Positions 28,587-38,242 of a stretch of 64,000 nt of DNA are shown here, in pieces. Made by a program: the position numbers and the translations under genes. This stretch comes from a virus: the IMG/VR virus record IMGVR_UViG_3300044991_002272; one strand, written 5' to 3'. The notes under the pieces are model-generated. The model made no database searches and was not told the origin of the DNA. It saw only the letters and a list, made by a program, of their open reading frames with translations. The number at the start of each line of letters is the position of its first letter. The first letter of the stretch is position 1.

Positions 28587-29792
28587 TTATTGTGCTTTGG
28601 CGACACCGGCCAAATACAAGATATTTTGAAGATCGCGATCTTCAGTTGGGTTTTGTTGTGTTTCCACGAGACTTACGCGGTCTCCGGAATGTGCCACAGC
28701 TCTGCTGGGTTTTGCTTGCACAGCCTTTGGTGCGGCTGGTGCATTTTGGTTCAACACTGCGGGCAAGTATCTGTGATAGCTTTCTTTGAGGTGTGTGGTT
28801 TTCACATCTTCCAAAAGGCTTTCCATGATCTTTTTCTTGTCTCTGGCCAAGGGGTTCAACAGCTCATTGAGCACTTGGGCTCTTTGAAGCTGAGCTTGTG
28901 CTGCACGGCTTTGTGCACGAACGCTTTCCAAGAGATTTTCTTTCTCATGAATTGCCTTTTGTGCCTCAGCTAGTGCTGCTTGTTGCGTCTTGAGTTGATC
29001 ACTGAGCTTTTTGACTTGAGTACCTTCTGCAAGGTAGCTGGTCATAAATTCAGCGGCCACAGCTTCGAATATTTTACGACCAAAATTGTTCTCACGAGCA
29101 ATTTTGATATCGTCTCTCCATTGCACCAACTCGCGCTTGATGACCTCGTTCAAGGTTTTATCAACCACAGTGGTTGCTCTGTTGACAAATGAGCGTTGGG
29201 TTTCATCCAGCTTGCGCTTTGCTTCGCTTGCCAGTTTGACTCGTTGCTCTACCAGAGCCTTTTTGTCAGATTGAAATTCGGAAATTTCTTCTGACAATTG
29301 CTGAAGAACAAAGTTCTCCAGTTTGCCAATTTTAGCTTCGAGGGCTGCTTGAGCGTTTTTCTTACTCTCCAGCAGTTCGGTAGCCATAGATTTGCGTTGA
29401 ACGGCCAACTGTTTTCTGTCGGCTTTGAACTCAGTAATTTCCTTGCGGATTTCACCTTGCATAAACTGTTCCATCATTTTCACATGTTGGGCCAGCTTTT
29501 TGTTGTAAGTGGATTTTGCCTCACTAACAGCACGGGTGAGCTGCACCTTTTTGGCTGCTACTGCTTGCTTGTCTTGAGAGAACTCACTGAGTTCTTTTCT
29601 CACAACATCGTTCAACATCTTGTCCATGGCTTCCACAAGCAATCCGCGCTCGTGCTCGAAGCGATGAGCATAACTTTCTTGGAGCTTTGTCTCAGCTTCT
29701 TTGAGCTTGTTTGTGAATGCTTCCTGAAGGGCAGTTTTGGCTTCGGGGCCAAGCACTTCGTTCTCCAGGAGCTCTTGTAGTTGTTTTTCCAT
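28587..29792 (-). CDS. Prohead scaffolding/core protein (T4 gp22-like)
   Basis: Long coiled coil between protease and capsid genes; DDIKIARENNFGRKIFEA. Confidence 0.88.
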   Translation of the reverse strand: MEKQLQELLENEVLGPEAKTALQEAFTNKLKEAETKLQESYAHRFEHERGLLVEAMDKMLNDVVRKELSEFSQDKQAVAAKKVQLTRAVSEAKSTYNKKLAQHVKMMEQFMQGEIRKEITEFKADRKQLAVQRKSMATELLESKKNAQAALEAKIGKLENFVLQQLSEEISEFQSDKKALVEQRVKLASEAKRKLDETQRSFVNRATTVVDKTLNEVIKRELVQWRDDIKIARENNFGRKIFEAVAAEFMTSYLAEGTQVKKLSDQLKTQQAALAEAQKAIHEKENLLESVRAQSRAAQAQLQRAQVLNELLNPLARDKKKIMESLLEDVKTTHLKESYHRYLPAVLNQNAPAAPKAVQAKPSRAVAHSGDRVSLVETQQNPTEDRDLQNILYLAGVAKAQ

Positions 29793-29810
29793 AGGACTGG
29801 CGTCTCCTTG

Positions 29811-30443
29811 TTAAATCTTCAACTCGTTAACCCAGCGGAGCAGGGTCTTGGTGAGATGCTTTTGAGCCTTCTCATCATGACGCACGCTTTCTGCCAAGTC
29901 TCTGATGTTGCTGCCGAGCCTTCTGTGATACATAGCCTCATATACAGGCACAGGATATGCACTTGGGGCTGAAGGTTTGGCCACTATGTCGACTGTTAAC
30001 ATTTCAAAATCTGAAACGTTCCCATAGGGATCGACATTGCCTGAGCCACGTGATGAAACGCCAAGTTTTACACCACTCTCAAGCAAGGTTTTTGCAATTT
30101 GACCGCAAGGTGTTGGTAATACTTTCAACTTACCAAGGCCATTGGGACCGTCTATCCACATTTTTTGAATGCTGTGGCTTACGCGATCTAGATGAATTTG
30201 AAGCTCTTGTGGATGATCCAGTTCACCAGGTACCCCATTGTCTTTGGATATGCTTGAATTTACTAGCTCTACGGCTTTGCGAATCTCGTCTACAGGATAG
30301 ACTCTTCCGTTATGATTTTTGATTCCGCCTTGAATGAAGATTCCTTCCATGAAGAGGTTTTTATGACCACCTTCTATGGCTTCGGTAACAACCTTCATTT
30401 GTGCATCATCAAAATGCAAGTGTTCTTGCAGAATTGAGACCAT
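29811..30443 (-). CDS. Prohead protease (T4 gp21-like)
   Basis: GIFIQGGIKNHNGRVYP, GELDHP, RVSH, LGVSSRGSG, DIVAKPSAP; AGGA RBS. Confidence 0.95.
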   Translation of the reverse strand: MVSILQEHLHFDDAQMKVVTEAIEGGHKNLFMEGIFIQGGIKNHNGRVYPVDEIRKAVELVNSSISKDNGVPGELDHPQELQIHLDRVSHSIQKMWIDGPNGLGKLKVLPTPCGQIAKTLLESGVKLGVSSRGSGNVDPYGNVSDFEMLTVDIVAKPSAPSAYPVPVYEAMYHRRLGSNIRDLAESVRHDEKAQKHLTKTLLRWVNELKI

Positions 30444-30583
30444 TTTTGTTTCCTGTTTAGTTTCGTAGTAACAATATTTAACAACACTATCTGAAACAGC
30501 TGGATTTCCAGTAAGAAACCAGTGTTTTTTCAAAGAACTATGCTGTAACCTTTTGAGTTACAGCATAATTTCTTGTTGATAAA

Positions 30584-31855
30584 TTACTTCTTTGGTGTTG
30601 TGCCGGTGCTGCCCAGTGGGCTGCGAACGTTGGCTGCGCCAAAACCTTCTGAACGATCTTTGTTCAACATGGCCTTTGTACTGCCTTCCTTGCTGACATG
30701 AGTCATGTCTTCACTAGCCTTCTTGCGACGGTTGGACAAGTTCATACTGGCACTTGTGGGGGCAGATTGAAGATGATATCCATCAGCCTTTGATCCCTTG
30801 CCTGTCACAACTGGCTTGGCACCTGGAACAGGGCTTTGAACTCCTTTGGGCACTGGGCTATGCTTGCTGACATCAGAACGGGAAAATTTACCAGCGCCAA
30901 CTTCAGCAGACTTTTTGGCGTCTACATGAACTGTATCGAGGGCAATGGCTTCATCAAGATCATCATAGTCTTCATCAAGGTCGCCTGACCCAGGGCTACC
31001 GCCAAGCTGGTCAATCACATAATCCCAGCACTTTTCTTCTGTGCCTGAGAACAAGCTGTCGGGTTCGTCATCGTCGCCATCATCTACGTAAACCTCGCAT
31101 TCACCACCTTGTGCACCGCTGATGTTAAACCGATCAATTTCATATTCCACACTTCCGTATCCGCCAGCAGACTGGATGCGATAAGGCATGCCTTCAATAG
31201 TAATTTTGTCGTTAGTGGCAGAGAACTTGTAACGTGTGCCTTTTGGAGTCTGTCCGCTGTCGCCATAAGATTCATCAAGGTCGTCAGTGTTGTCCATCCA
31301 GCCTTCGTCTACTGTTTCTTCGTCACTATCTGCATCACCATGTTCACCATGTAGTTCGGCTTTCATAGCTTCAAATTCAGCAGTCAATTCTTCAATTGCT
31401 TGCTCAATGTCTTTTAGACGCTCGCCTTCAGCTTCCTCGTCGTGGGCCATGTCTGCATCCATTTCAGCTTCATCAGCATCCATTTCTTCATCATCCATGT
31501 CGTCTTCAGCATCCATGTCCATGTCATCGTCTTCCACGTCAACATCAACATCGTCAGCATCTTCATCATCTCCAGCACTTACTGTGAGATCTTCAACCGC
31601 GTCATCGAGGTCAACATCTTCCATTGTGCCGTCGCCATAATGCTCTTCACTCTCAATTTCTTCTTTGTGAGCTCTAATGTCGTGTCCGAGGTCTTCGCCC
31701 TCGTCCCCGCCCATTTCATGCTCTTCGTCACTTAGCATTTCCTCGTGAATTGCACGGGCCTTCTCAATGAAGATTTGGTGCAACAGGTCACGAGCCTTGT
31801 CTTCTTGCTCGTTGATAAGGTAATCCATTACCTTCAACAGCTTGCTATTAGCCAT
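30584..31855 (-). CDS. Acidic prohead core protein (gp67/gp68-like)
   Basis: Extremely D/E-rich, many L-x-E sites, located between portal region and protease. Confidence 0.7.
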   Translation of the reverse strand: MANSKLLKVMDYLINEQEDKARDLLHQIFIEKARAIHEEMLSDEEHEMGGDEGEDLGHDIRAHKEEIESEEHYGDGTMEDVDLDDAVEDLTVSAGDDEDADDVDVDVEDDDMDMDAEDDMDDEEMDADEAEMDADMAHDEEAEGERLKDIEQAIEELTAEFEAMKAELHGEHGDADSDEETVDEGWMDNTDDLDESYGDSGQTPKGTRYKFSATNDKITIEGMPYRIQSAGGYGSVEYEIDRFNISGAQGGECEVYVDDGDDDEPDSLFSGTEEKCWDYVIDQLGGSPGSGDLDEDYDDLDEAIALDTVHVDAKKSAEVGAGKFSRSDVSKHSPVPKGVQSPVPGAKPVVTGKGSKADGYHLQSAPTSASMNLSNRRKKASEDMTHVSKEGSTKAMLNKDRSEGFGAANVRSPLGSTGTTPKK

Positions 31856-31951
31856 AGTTTGTCTCCTTTGGTAAAGTTGATAGACTCTGTGTTTATTTAG
31901 AAGGAGTTGAAGAATAACTTGGATTTATATGGAAAATAAGGCAATTTTAGA

Positions 31952-32179
31952 CTACATGCCTGGCATTCCGCCGCCTTCAGCAGAGGGAGCGCCATACAAC
32001 AGGCCCAAAAGATCTCTGCGCACAAGATTTTCCAATTTCTTGGCACTACGCATTCTTTTCATTTGATTTAAATGTGCGATTGTAATCTTGGGTCGACGCG
32101 GGTCATACTGATTTTGCATAGTATAATGATCTTGGTCTGGGCTGTAATAGCCAGCACTATCTAAATCCATTGCTCTCAT
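31952..32179 (-). CDS. Small conserved-type head-region protein
   Basis: 75 aa, RRPKITIAHLNQMKRMR; TAAATA directly upstream. Confidence 0.65.
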   Translation of the reverse strand: MRAMDLDSAGYYSPDQDHYTMQNQYDPRRPKITIAHLNQMKRMRSAKKLENLVRRDLLGLLYGAPSAEGGGMPGM

Positions 32180-32241
32180 AAATCTATTTATTGCAGAGAA
32201 ACAAAGGCCCTTGTATAGTTCAAATCAAAGGGAGCAACAGA

Positions 32242-32850
32242 GTGTCAATTTATCAATTTTTACCAAGTCCCAGCTTTGGCGCTGGTGAGGCAAACGTAGC
32301 AACCTGGAAAGATGGATTTTCAGGAGATGATATAAAAAAGATAATTCAATTGGGGCAGGCTAGACAGCCAGGAAAAGCGGTAATTGGTGGATTTGATCCC
32401 GCTCAAAATTATGAACAAATACGCAAAAGCAAAACCAGTTGGATTGAAGCCAGTCCTGACACTGATTGGATTTATCAACGCTTGGGTAATATTGCTCGTA
32501 ATTTAAATGGCCAGCATTTTCGCTTTGATTTGTGGGGATTTGGTGAACACCTACAATACACTGAATACTACGGGGAGGATGAGGGTCACTACACCTGGCA
32601 TATTGACAGTGGCATCACTTCAACAAACCACGGTCCTCGAAAACTCAGTGTAGTTTTACAATTGAGCGATCCCTGTGAGTATGAAGGTGGAAATCTACAA
32701 GTTAAGTTGGGCGCTGATCCACAAACCATTAGCAAGGATCTAGGCCTTGTAGCCGTTTTTCCCAGCTTTGTGCTGCATAGGGTTACCCCAGTTACAAATG
32801 GTTTACGCCGCACTTTGGTGGCTTGGTTAACTGGTCCAGCACTGCGTTAA
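32242..32850 (+). CDS. 2OG-Fe(II) dioxygenase (prolyl-hydroxylase-like, PKHD type)
   Basis: YTWHID (HxD), [36 protein letters not shown]; probable GTG start with GGAG RBS. Confidence 0.9.
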   Translation: MSIYQFLPSPSFGAGEANVATWKDGFSGDDIKKIIQLGQARQPGKAVIGGFDPAQNYEQIRKSKTSWIEASPDTDWIYQRLGNIARNLNGQHFRFDLWGFGEHLQYTEYYGEDEGHYTWHIDSGITSTNHGPRKLSVVLQLSDPCEYEGGNLQVKLGADPQTISKDLGLVAVFPSFVLHRVTPVTNGLRRTLVAWLTGPALR

Positions 32851-33782
32851 GGACCTACAGCAACATATTCTATAAGAACTGCACCTGGTTGTCCACCTGA
32901 TGCTGATGTATCGTCTCGGCCCACGCCCCCGTAACCAAACCTAAGGCCTAAGTCAGCATTCAAGTAAACCAGCGGGCCTATGCTGGTGGCAGTTCCTCTC
33001 GCACCATTGGCACCGGGTGTGAAGATGTTGGCATTGAGGCCGCCGCTTCCACCACCTGCTGTAACAAGGGCTATTCCACTTTGATCCAAAAGTTGGCTGG
33101 GCGTGCCAGGGTTTCCAGAATTACTAATGTTAGCAGCCCCACCACCTCCAACTATTACTTGCAAATTACTGCCTGCCGTGACCGGTATCCATGTTTCTAT
33201 AGCAGCACCTGGTCCACCCTTGCCTCCAATTAGTTTTATAGTGGGACCATCAGCATAGCCGCCGTCAGCACCTGTGTAATCCTGTGTTGTATAAATTGCT
33301 CCCCAACCACCTGCTCCTCCTCCGCCCACAGTTGTGATTTTTACATTAGTAGTTGTAGCAGGCACAGCCCATGTACTGGGAGACAAAAAGACAGCTACTG
33401 CTAATTTTTGGCCTGTCCCTTGGGGTCCTGGAAAACCAAGAGTTCCTGTTGCCCCTGGGTCTCCGGTCGGGCCAGCGCCACCTACTGGCCCGGTTGCCCC
33501 TAGTGTGCCTGGTGGTCCTGCTAATGGGCCAGGCTGCCCAGCAGACCCAGTGGCACCTTTTACACCTGGAGGGGCAGGAAATCCACCAAATCCTGGCGCT
33601 CCTCCCAATCCTGTAGGCCCTGTAGGCCCCCTTACGCCTGGAAAACTTGTGGCTGGACCCAACAGCAAAGCGGCGCCTGTTGGCGCCACTATAAGGGGTA
33701 ATCCAGCAGGCACACCAATCAGTATTGTATTCAGGACGTCTGCAGACCCGCCTATTATACGCTTATCAAGAAGTTTTGGCAT
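32847..33782 (-). CDS. Collagen-like fibre protein with C-terminal glycine-rich domain (paralog 1)
   Basis: Gly-X-Y run, then WAVP...VGGGG.GG...GAVLIEY. Confidence 0.85.
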   Translation of the reverse strand: MPKLLDKRIIGGSADVLNTILIGVPAGLPLIVAPTGAALLLGPATSFPGVRGPTGPTGLGGAPGFGGFPAPPGVKGATGSAGQPGPLAGPPGTLGATGPVGGAGPTGDPGATGTLGFPGPQGTGQKLAVAVFLSPSTWAVPATTTNVKITTVGGGGAGGWGAIYTTQDYTGADGGYADGPTIKLIGGKGGPGAAIETWIPVTAGSNLQVIVGGGGAANISNSGNPGTPSQLLDQSGIALVTAGGGSGGLNANIFTPGANGARGTATSIGPLVYLNADLGLRFGYGGVGRDDTSASGGQPGAVLIEYVAVGP

Positions 33783-33785
33783 CTT

Positions 33786-34727
33786 TTAAATCCATTCTAT
33801 AAGTGCTGCACCAGGGCCGCCCTGTTGTTCTGCTCCGGCCCCAAATCCATAGACTGTTGCCACACCCAATCCCACACTTAAGGGTGAATTCACTCCAGGA
33901 TTACCTGCAATTCCTGCCTGTGCCGCAGGCGCCGATGGACCGCCGCCTGCTACGACTGTGGGACTGCCTGGACCACTCCATATCGTGGGGGTGCCAGGAC
34001 TTGGTGGAACGACTACATATTGTGGATAATATACTGGAATATTATTTTCATTGGGGTACACCCCACCTCCAGATATTCTAGCTCCACTGCCCCCAACTCC
34101 TATTGTGACATTGTAATTTTGTCCGCCCTGCACAGTTACCCATTGTTCATTTACGCCACCACTGCTGCCAGGAATACCTTGTATTGTCCAACCAGGTTGA
34201 GAATTAGTGATCTGTTCATTGACAAAGTCAATTGGCAGTTGACTCACGGGCAAACTCCCGCCTCCTCCTGCTCCAATAAGTGTCAGCTTAACAGAAAACA
34301 CACCTGGGGGTGCTGTCCATACACCAGGAGACACAAGTTGTGCTGCATTTATATCTTGATTGCCACTAGGCGGCCCAATAGGTCCAGTAATTCCAGGCGG
34401 TCCTGGAGGACCCACTGGTCCCCCGCCTGGTCCCGTTGGTCCAGTTAAACCTGCAGGACCAGGAGGTCCTCCTGCAGGACCAGGAGGACCTGGGGGACCT
34501 GTATCACCTACTAATGCACTGCTGGCTCCAGGTGGCCCAACAGGCCCTGCTAGTCCAGCGGGGCCAGGAGGACCTGGAGGACCTAGTGGGCCACCTGGGG
34601 TTGTGACCACAAGTGTATCTCCTGTGGGGGATACTCGTAACACATACCCGGCAGGCGCCCCATATAATGTTGTAGTCAAAACGTCTCGTGATGGGCCAAC
34701 AATACGGTTATCAAGTAAGCGAGGCAT
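33786..34727 (-). CDS. Collagen-like fibre protein (paralog 2)
   Basis: GPP-rich Gly-X-Y run, WTAPPGV...LIGAGGGG...GAALIEW. Confidence 0.85.
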   Translation of the reverse strand: MPRLLDNRIVGPSRDVLTTTLYGAPAGYVLRVSPTGDTLVVTTPGGPLGPPGPPGPAGLAGPVGPPGASSALVGDTGPPGPPGPAGGPPGPAGLTGPTGPGGGPVGPPGPPGITGPIGPPSGNQDINAAQLVSPGVWTAPPGVFSVKLTLIGAGGGGSLPVSQLPIDFVNEQITNSQPGWTIQGIPGSSGGVNEQWVTVQGGQNYNVTIGVGGSGARISGGGVYPNENNIPVYYPQYVVVPPSPGTPTIWSGPGSPTVVAGGGPSAPAAQAGIAGNPGVNSPLSVGLGVATVYGFGAGAEQQGGPGAALIEWI

Positions 34728-35107
34728 TAGTTAATCCATTCAATCAAAATAAGGCCAGCTGAGCCATTTGACCCTGCAGGATTTGGCTCAGTGGGATCGC
34801 CTCCTGCACCTGCCAAACCATGGAGATATGATCCAGTTACCAAGGGCCAAATTATGTTTGGTGTCGTGCCTGCATTGCCTCCACTCACTGCTACGCCGCC
34901 TCCAGCAGAATAAAATACTCCACCTGGTCCGCTCATAGTAGTGTTGCCTCCATTTGTTGGAGGAACTGTGGCAGATGTTTGCCCTTGACCTCCAGCACCA
35001 ACTTGAAGATTATAGGTGGCATTTGGGATTATATCTACCCACAGCCTTAAAATTGCTCCAGAGCCTCCAGCCAGGCCAGTAAACCAGCCGCCAATGCTTC
35101 CACTCAT
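34727..35107 (-). CDS. C-terminal half of glycine-rich domain of collagen-like paralog 3
   Basis: GGSGA...WVDI...YNLQVGAGG...GLILIEW aligns with the C-terminal halves of paralogs 1 and 2; GAGGA RBS. Confidence 0.7.
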   Translation of the reverse strand: MSGSIGGWFTGLAGGSGAILRLWVDIIPNATYNLQVGAGGQGQTSATVPPTNGGNTTMSGPGGVFYSAGGGVAVSGGNAGTTPNIIWPLVTGSYLHGLAGAGGDPTEPNPAGSNGSAGLILIEWIN

Positions 35108-35201
35108 AACAGTAATCCTCTATAGCTATCCATTGTTACACCCCAACTGTTCCGCTCATTTACCTATTTTGGCCTTATCCGTAACCGGGGCCTAGCCCCG
35201 G

Positions 35202-35774
35202 TTACTCCCCAGGTACTCCACCTCCACCAATTCCACCAGGCCCCAGCTGACCACCTTCTGTAGGTGGAACTGAACCTGGAGGCACATAAATGCCCAACGT
35301 TCCCCCAGCCCCTCCACCGATCAGTGTTATTCTAGCACGCCTAACACCAGGTGGCGCTGTCCATGTTTGTGGACCAGCAGTGCTGAAAACTGCTGCATAG
35401 TGTTGTTGATCAGTTATTTGTGGGCCTGTTGGCCCGGTATCACCATTAGGACCTCGATCGCCAGGAGGTCCTTTGTTTGGTCCAGGAGGTCCTTGAACTC
35501 CTGGGCTTCCAGGAATTCCTCCTCCTATACCAGGAGGACCAGGAGGACCAGGTGGACCAACAACAAATGTGTCATCTCCTGGTGGTCCTTGAGGGCCAGG
35601 GCTCCCTGCTGTGCCAATAATACCTGGAGGCCCAGGTGGTCCAATTTGTTGCCCAAAAAAGAATTGCTCTCCGTTGGCAGAGACTTTCAATACCAAGCCA
35701 GCTGGAACACCTTCCAGTTGCACATCAATAAGATCAGCTGATCCAACAACGCGGTTATCAAGTAGCTTTGGCAT
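35202..35774 (-). CDS. Collagen-like fibre protein paralog 3, N-terminal part
   Basis: [11 protein letters not shown] leader shared with paralogs, Gly-X-Y run, WTAPPGV...LIGGGAGG, then a stop mid-domain. Confidence 0.8.
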   Translation of the reverse strand: MPKLLDNRVVGSADLIDVQLEGVPAGLVLKVSANGEQFFFGQQIGPPGPPGIIGTAGSPGPQGPPGDDTFVVGPPGPPGPPGIGGGIPGSPGVQGPPGPNKGPPGDRGPNGDTGPTGPQITDQQHYAAVFSTAGPQTWTAPPGVRRARITLIGGGAGGTLGIYVPPGSVPPTEGGQLGPGGIGGGGVPGE

Positions 35775-35783
35775 GCTTAGTCC

Positions 35784-36254
35784 TTAATTGGCAGTCGCAT
35801 TGGCAATTTCCAATAGGCTTACAACAACATCAACACAGTTATCAGTACTGGTATTGGTTGTTTCTGCTGGAGGATTACTTACTTGTACAACCAAGGTATC
35901 TCCGCTGCTCATGATCAAATTGCCATTCAAGGGGTCAAAAGCGTTGTTGGGAATAATTGTGTAATTGTTAACAAGGTAACGTCTACCAGTGGGTAGATAG
36001 GCTGGATCAGGAGGATTATCAATCCATACACTGAGATTGATGGTTTTCCGTAGAGTAGGACTGCTGACACTGCCTGTAATGTTGCTGCATTGAACAGTCA
36101 ACAACACAATACTGACTTCAGTTGGATCTACACCTGGAGGCAATGTTGTGTTGGGAATAGTTTGATCGTAACTTGAAACTTTGTAAATGGTTGTGGGTTG
36201 ATCATTTGTAACTCTAACTTTGACATTACGAAAGTTAAAAATAGGTGCAGGCAT
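35784..36254 (-). CDS. Small virion structural protein (beta-sandwich type)
   Basis: 156 aa in the fibre operon, ends DVVVSLLEI. Confidence 0.6.
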   Translation of the reverse strand: MPAPIFNFRNVKVRVTNDQPTTIYKVSSYDQTIPNTTLPPGVDPTEVSIVLLTVQCSNITGSVSSPTLRKTINLSVWIDNPPDPAYLPTGRRYLVNNYTIIPNNAFDPLNGNLIMSSGDTLVVQVSNPPAETTNTSTDNCVDVVVSLLEIANATAN

Positions 36255-36257
36255 ATG

Positions 36258-38234
36258 TTAAGATCCTTTGCGTGAAAGAGCAAGTATAAAGGGAGTCATA
36301 AATCCAAAGATGCTTTGATAAAAGCTGCGTCCATCAATAGCACCTCGTCTCTGATTTATGCGGAAACTGGGTCTGGCAGGAGGTTTCTCCCACACGAAGT
36401 TAAAAGTAGCTGACGATCCACCACCACTTGTTGACGTTGCACTAATGGGATTTGTGGGCAAACTGCCAATTGTTGTGCTACCTGGCGCCGAAAGTAGATA
36501 GTATCCAGGAATAAGAATCGCAACACTTGTAATAACACCACTGGACACACTCAAAACCTTAAGTGTTGTGGGCACAGCATAGGTGCTGTTAACGTTGGCT
36601 GGGGTACTGAAATTCAATGTATCCCCTACGTTATAACTGCCTCCGCCATTGGCAATAGTCAATCCGCCAACTTGAAACGCTGGATTGGGTGTCACAGCCC
36701 CCACATAAAAGTCTCCGCTTTCGTCAGTTGTGGTATGGAATACACGTCCACCAGCTAGTGCAATAGTATATTTGTTGGGATCAGCGTAGCCACTGCCATC
36801 TTGACTGGGGCTGAGTTTGGCATAATCCAAGCCAGCACCAGCATAGCTCATGGTATAGCCGCTGGCTTCAATCAAGGAGCCAAACTTGATCCTGGCTCGC
36901 AATTGACGGCCAGCTATGGGCAAAGACTTCAAGCTAATAACTGAACAAGGCAAACCACCCGCTGTTACACCTTTTGATACTGTGTAATCAACAGTAGGCA
37001 GCAAGGGTGTCGCAGCGTCTAAAAATTGCACTTCCAATTCACTGAATTGATTTGGCAAAACATAAGTACCCCCAGTTGTGACAAAATCAGAACTGACACC
37101 ATTTGTGGCCCAAGTTTGATTTACAGCCACAGGGCTATCAGTGGTTTCAAGATATCTGTGCCCTTGACTCCAAAGTGCATAATTGCCAAAACTGCAATTG
37201 CTGTTCAATGCAGTCACGTGACCACCATCAAGGCACAGCAAGCCAAACTGGCAGAAGTTAACGAAAAAACTCACCAACTGCATGTAACCTTTGCCAATGA
37301 CTTTGACGCCGATACCACCAAGATTGATTTGAGTAAATGCGTCAATAACAATGCTGTGAATCCTATTATTGGGTCCCAAAACACTGGGATCAATCAACAC
37401 ACCGCCACCACCTGGGTAAATCCCTGATCCAGTGTCTGGATCGCCACTGATGCTGGAACAGTTTTGTACATAGGGACTGACCAAGATGTCTGCACCTGGA
37501 GCAAAGCCAAAGGCAAATCCTGTTTGTCGAGTTGTGGAGATCAGTGCTGATGTATTCACTCCACTTGTGTTGGCATAACCTGCTGGAGTTATATCCAATG
37601 CTGATGGATTCAATCTATGATCTCTTACAGTAATGCCATACACATAACACTTGCTGTTCAAATAAAATACATCAGTAGTTGCGACTCTTGGTCGTATGGA
37701 AACAGCTCTAAGATTATCGCCAATAATACTAACACCTGGCGGAATTTCAATTGGACAGTCTTCAGTATAGTCACCTGCTGCTACCAAAATAGCTGTGTGA
37801 TCAGGTCGGAATGCACCAGTGGCAATTTGTCTAGCTGCTTCAGCACATGCAGCTTTCACAGTACGCTTGGCGCTATACCAACTTTGTCCACTGTTGGTAT
37901 CATTACCACTTTCTGCAACGTAAATGCGATTTTTAACAATTGCATCAGCAATCTGTTGCAGGCTTTCTGCATTTAGCAGTTTCCAAACACTGCCTTCCCA
38001 AACATACATTTGTTTGTCTGTGGTTTTGTACCAAAGCTGTCCTTGTGTGGGACTTTGTGGAGGACTTTGGTCGGCAAAATTTTCCATGAGATGAACAAGA
38101 TTTTCATTCAAATAAGTACCGTAATTGGCAAAATTCTTACCAAATAGGATCAAACTGGAAACTGTGCTGTTATACTGTCCTGGCGGAATACTTGCCAGCG
38201 TAGTGCCATTGGTCTTTGTGATATTTGTATTCAT
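36258..38234 (-). CDS. Tail fibre / baseplate-associated protein with pectin-lyase-like beta-helix
   Basis: LILFGKNFANYGTYLNENLVHLMENFA N-terminus; IYVAESGND, GDYTEDCPIEIPPGVSIIGDNLR, SPYVQNCS. Confidence 0.75.
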   Translation of the reverse strand: MNTNITKTNGTTLASIPPGQYNSTVSSLILFGKNFANYGTYLNENLVHLMENFADQSPPQSPTQGQLWYKTTDKQMYVWEGSVWKLLNAESLQQIADAIVKNRIYVAESGNDTNSGQSWYSAKRTVKAACAEAARQIATGAFRPDHTAILVAAGDYTEDCPIEIPPGVSIIGDNLRAVSIRPRVATTDVFYLNSKCYVYGITVRDHRLNPSALDITPAGYANTSGVNTSALISTTRQTGFAFGFAPGADILVSPYVQNCSSISGDPDTGSGIYPGGGGVLIDPSVLGPNNRIHSIVIDAFTQINLGGIGVKVIGKGYMQLVSFFVNFCQFGLLCLDGGHVTALNSNCSFGNYALWSQGHRYLETTDSPVAVNQTWATNGVSSDFVTTGGTYVLPNQFSELEVQFLDAATPLLPTVDYTVSKGVTAGGLPCSVISLKSLPIAGRQLRARIKFGSLIEASGYTMSYAGAGLDYAKLSPSQDGSGYADPNKYTIALAGGRVFHTTTDESGDFYVGAVTPNPAFQVGGLTIANGGGSYNVGDTLNFSTPANVNSTYAVPTTLKVLSVSSGVITSVAILIPGYYLLSAPGSTTIGSLPTNPISATSTSGGGSSATFNFVWEKPPARPSFRINQRRGAIDGRSFYQSIFGFMTPFILALSRKGS

Positions 38235-38242
38235 CTTGATAT

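Noticed and set aside
35108-35201. Group I or II intron in the split collagen gene
   Set aside because: The 94-nt gap is far too short for either ribozyme core and lacks their conserved motifs
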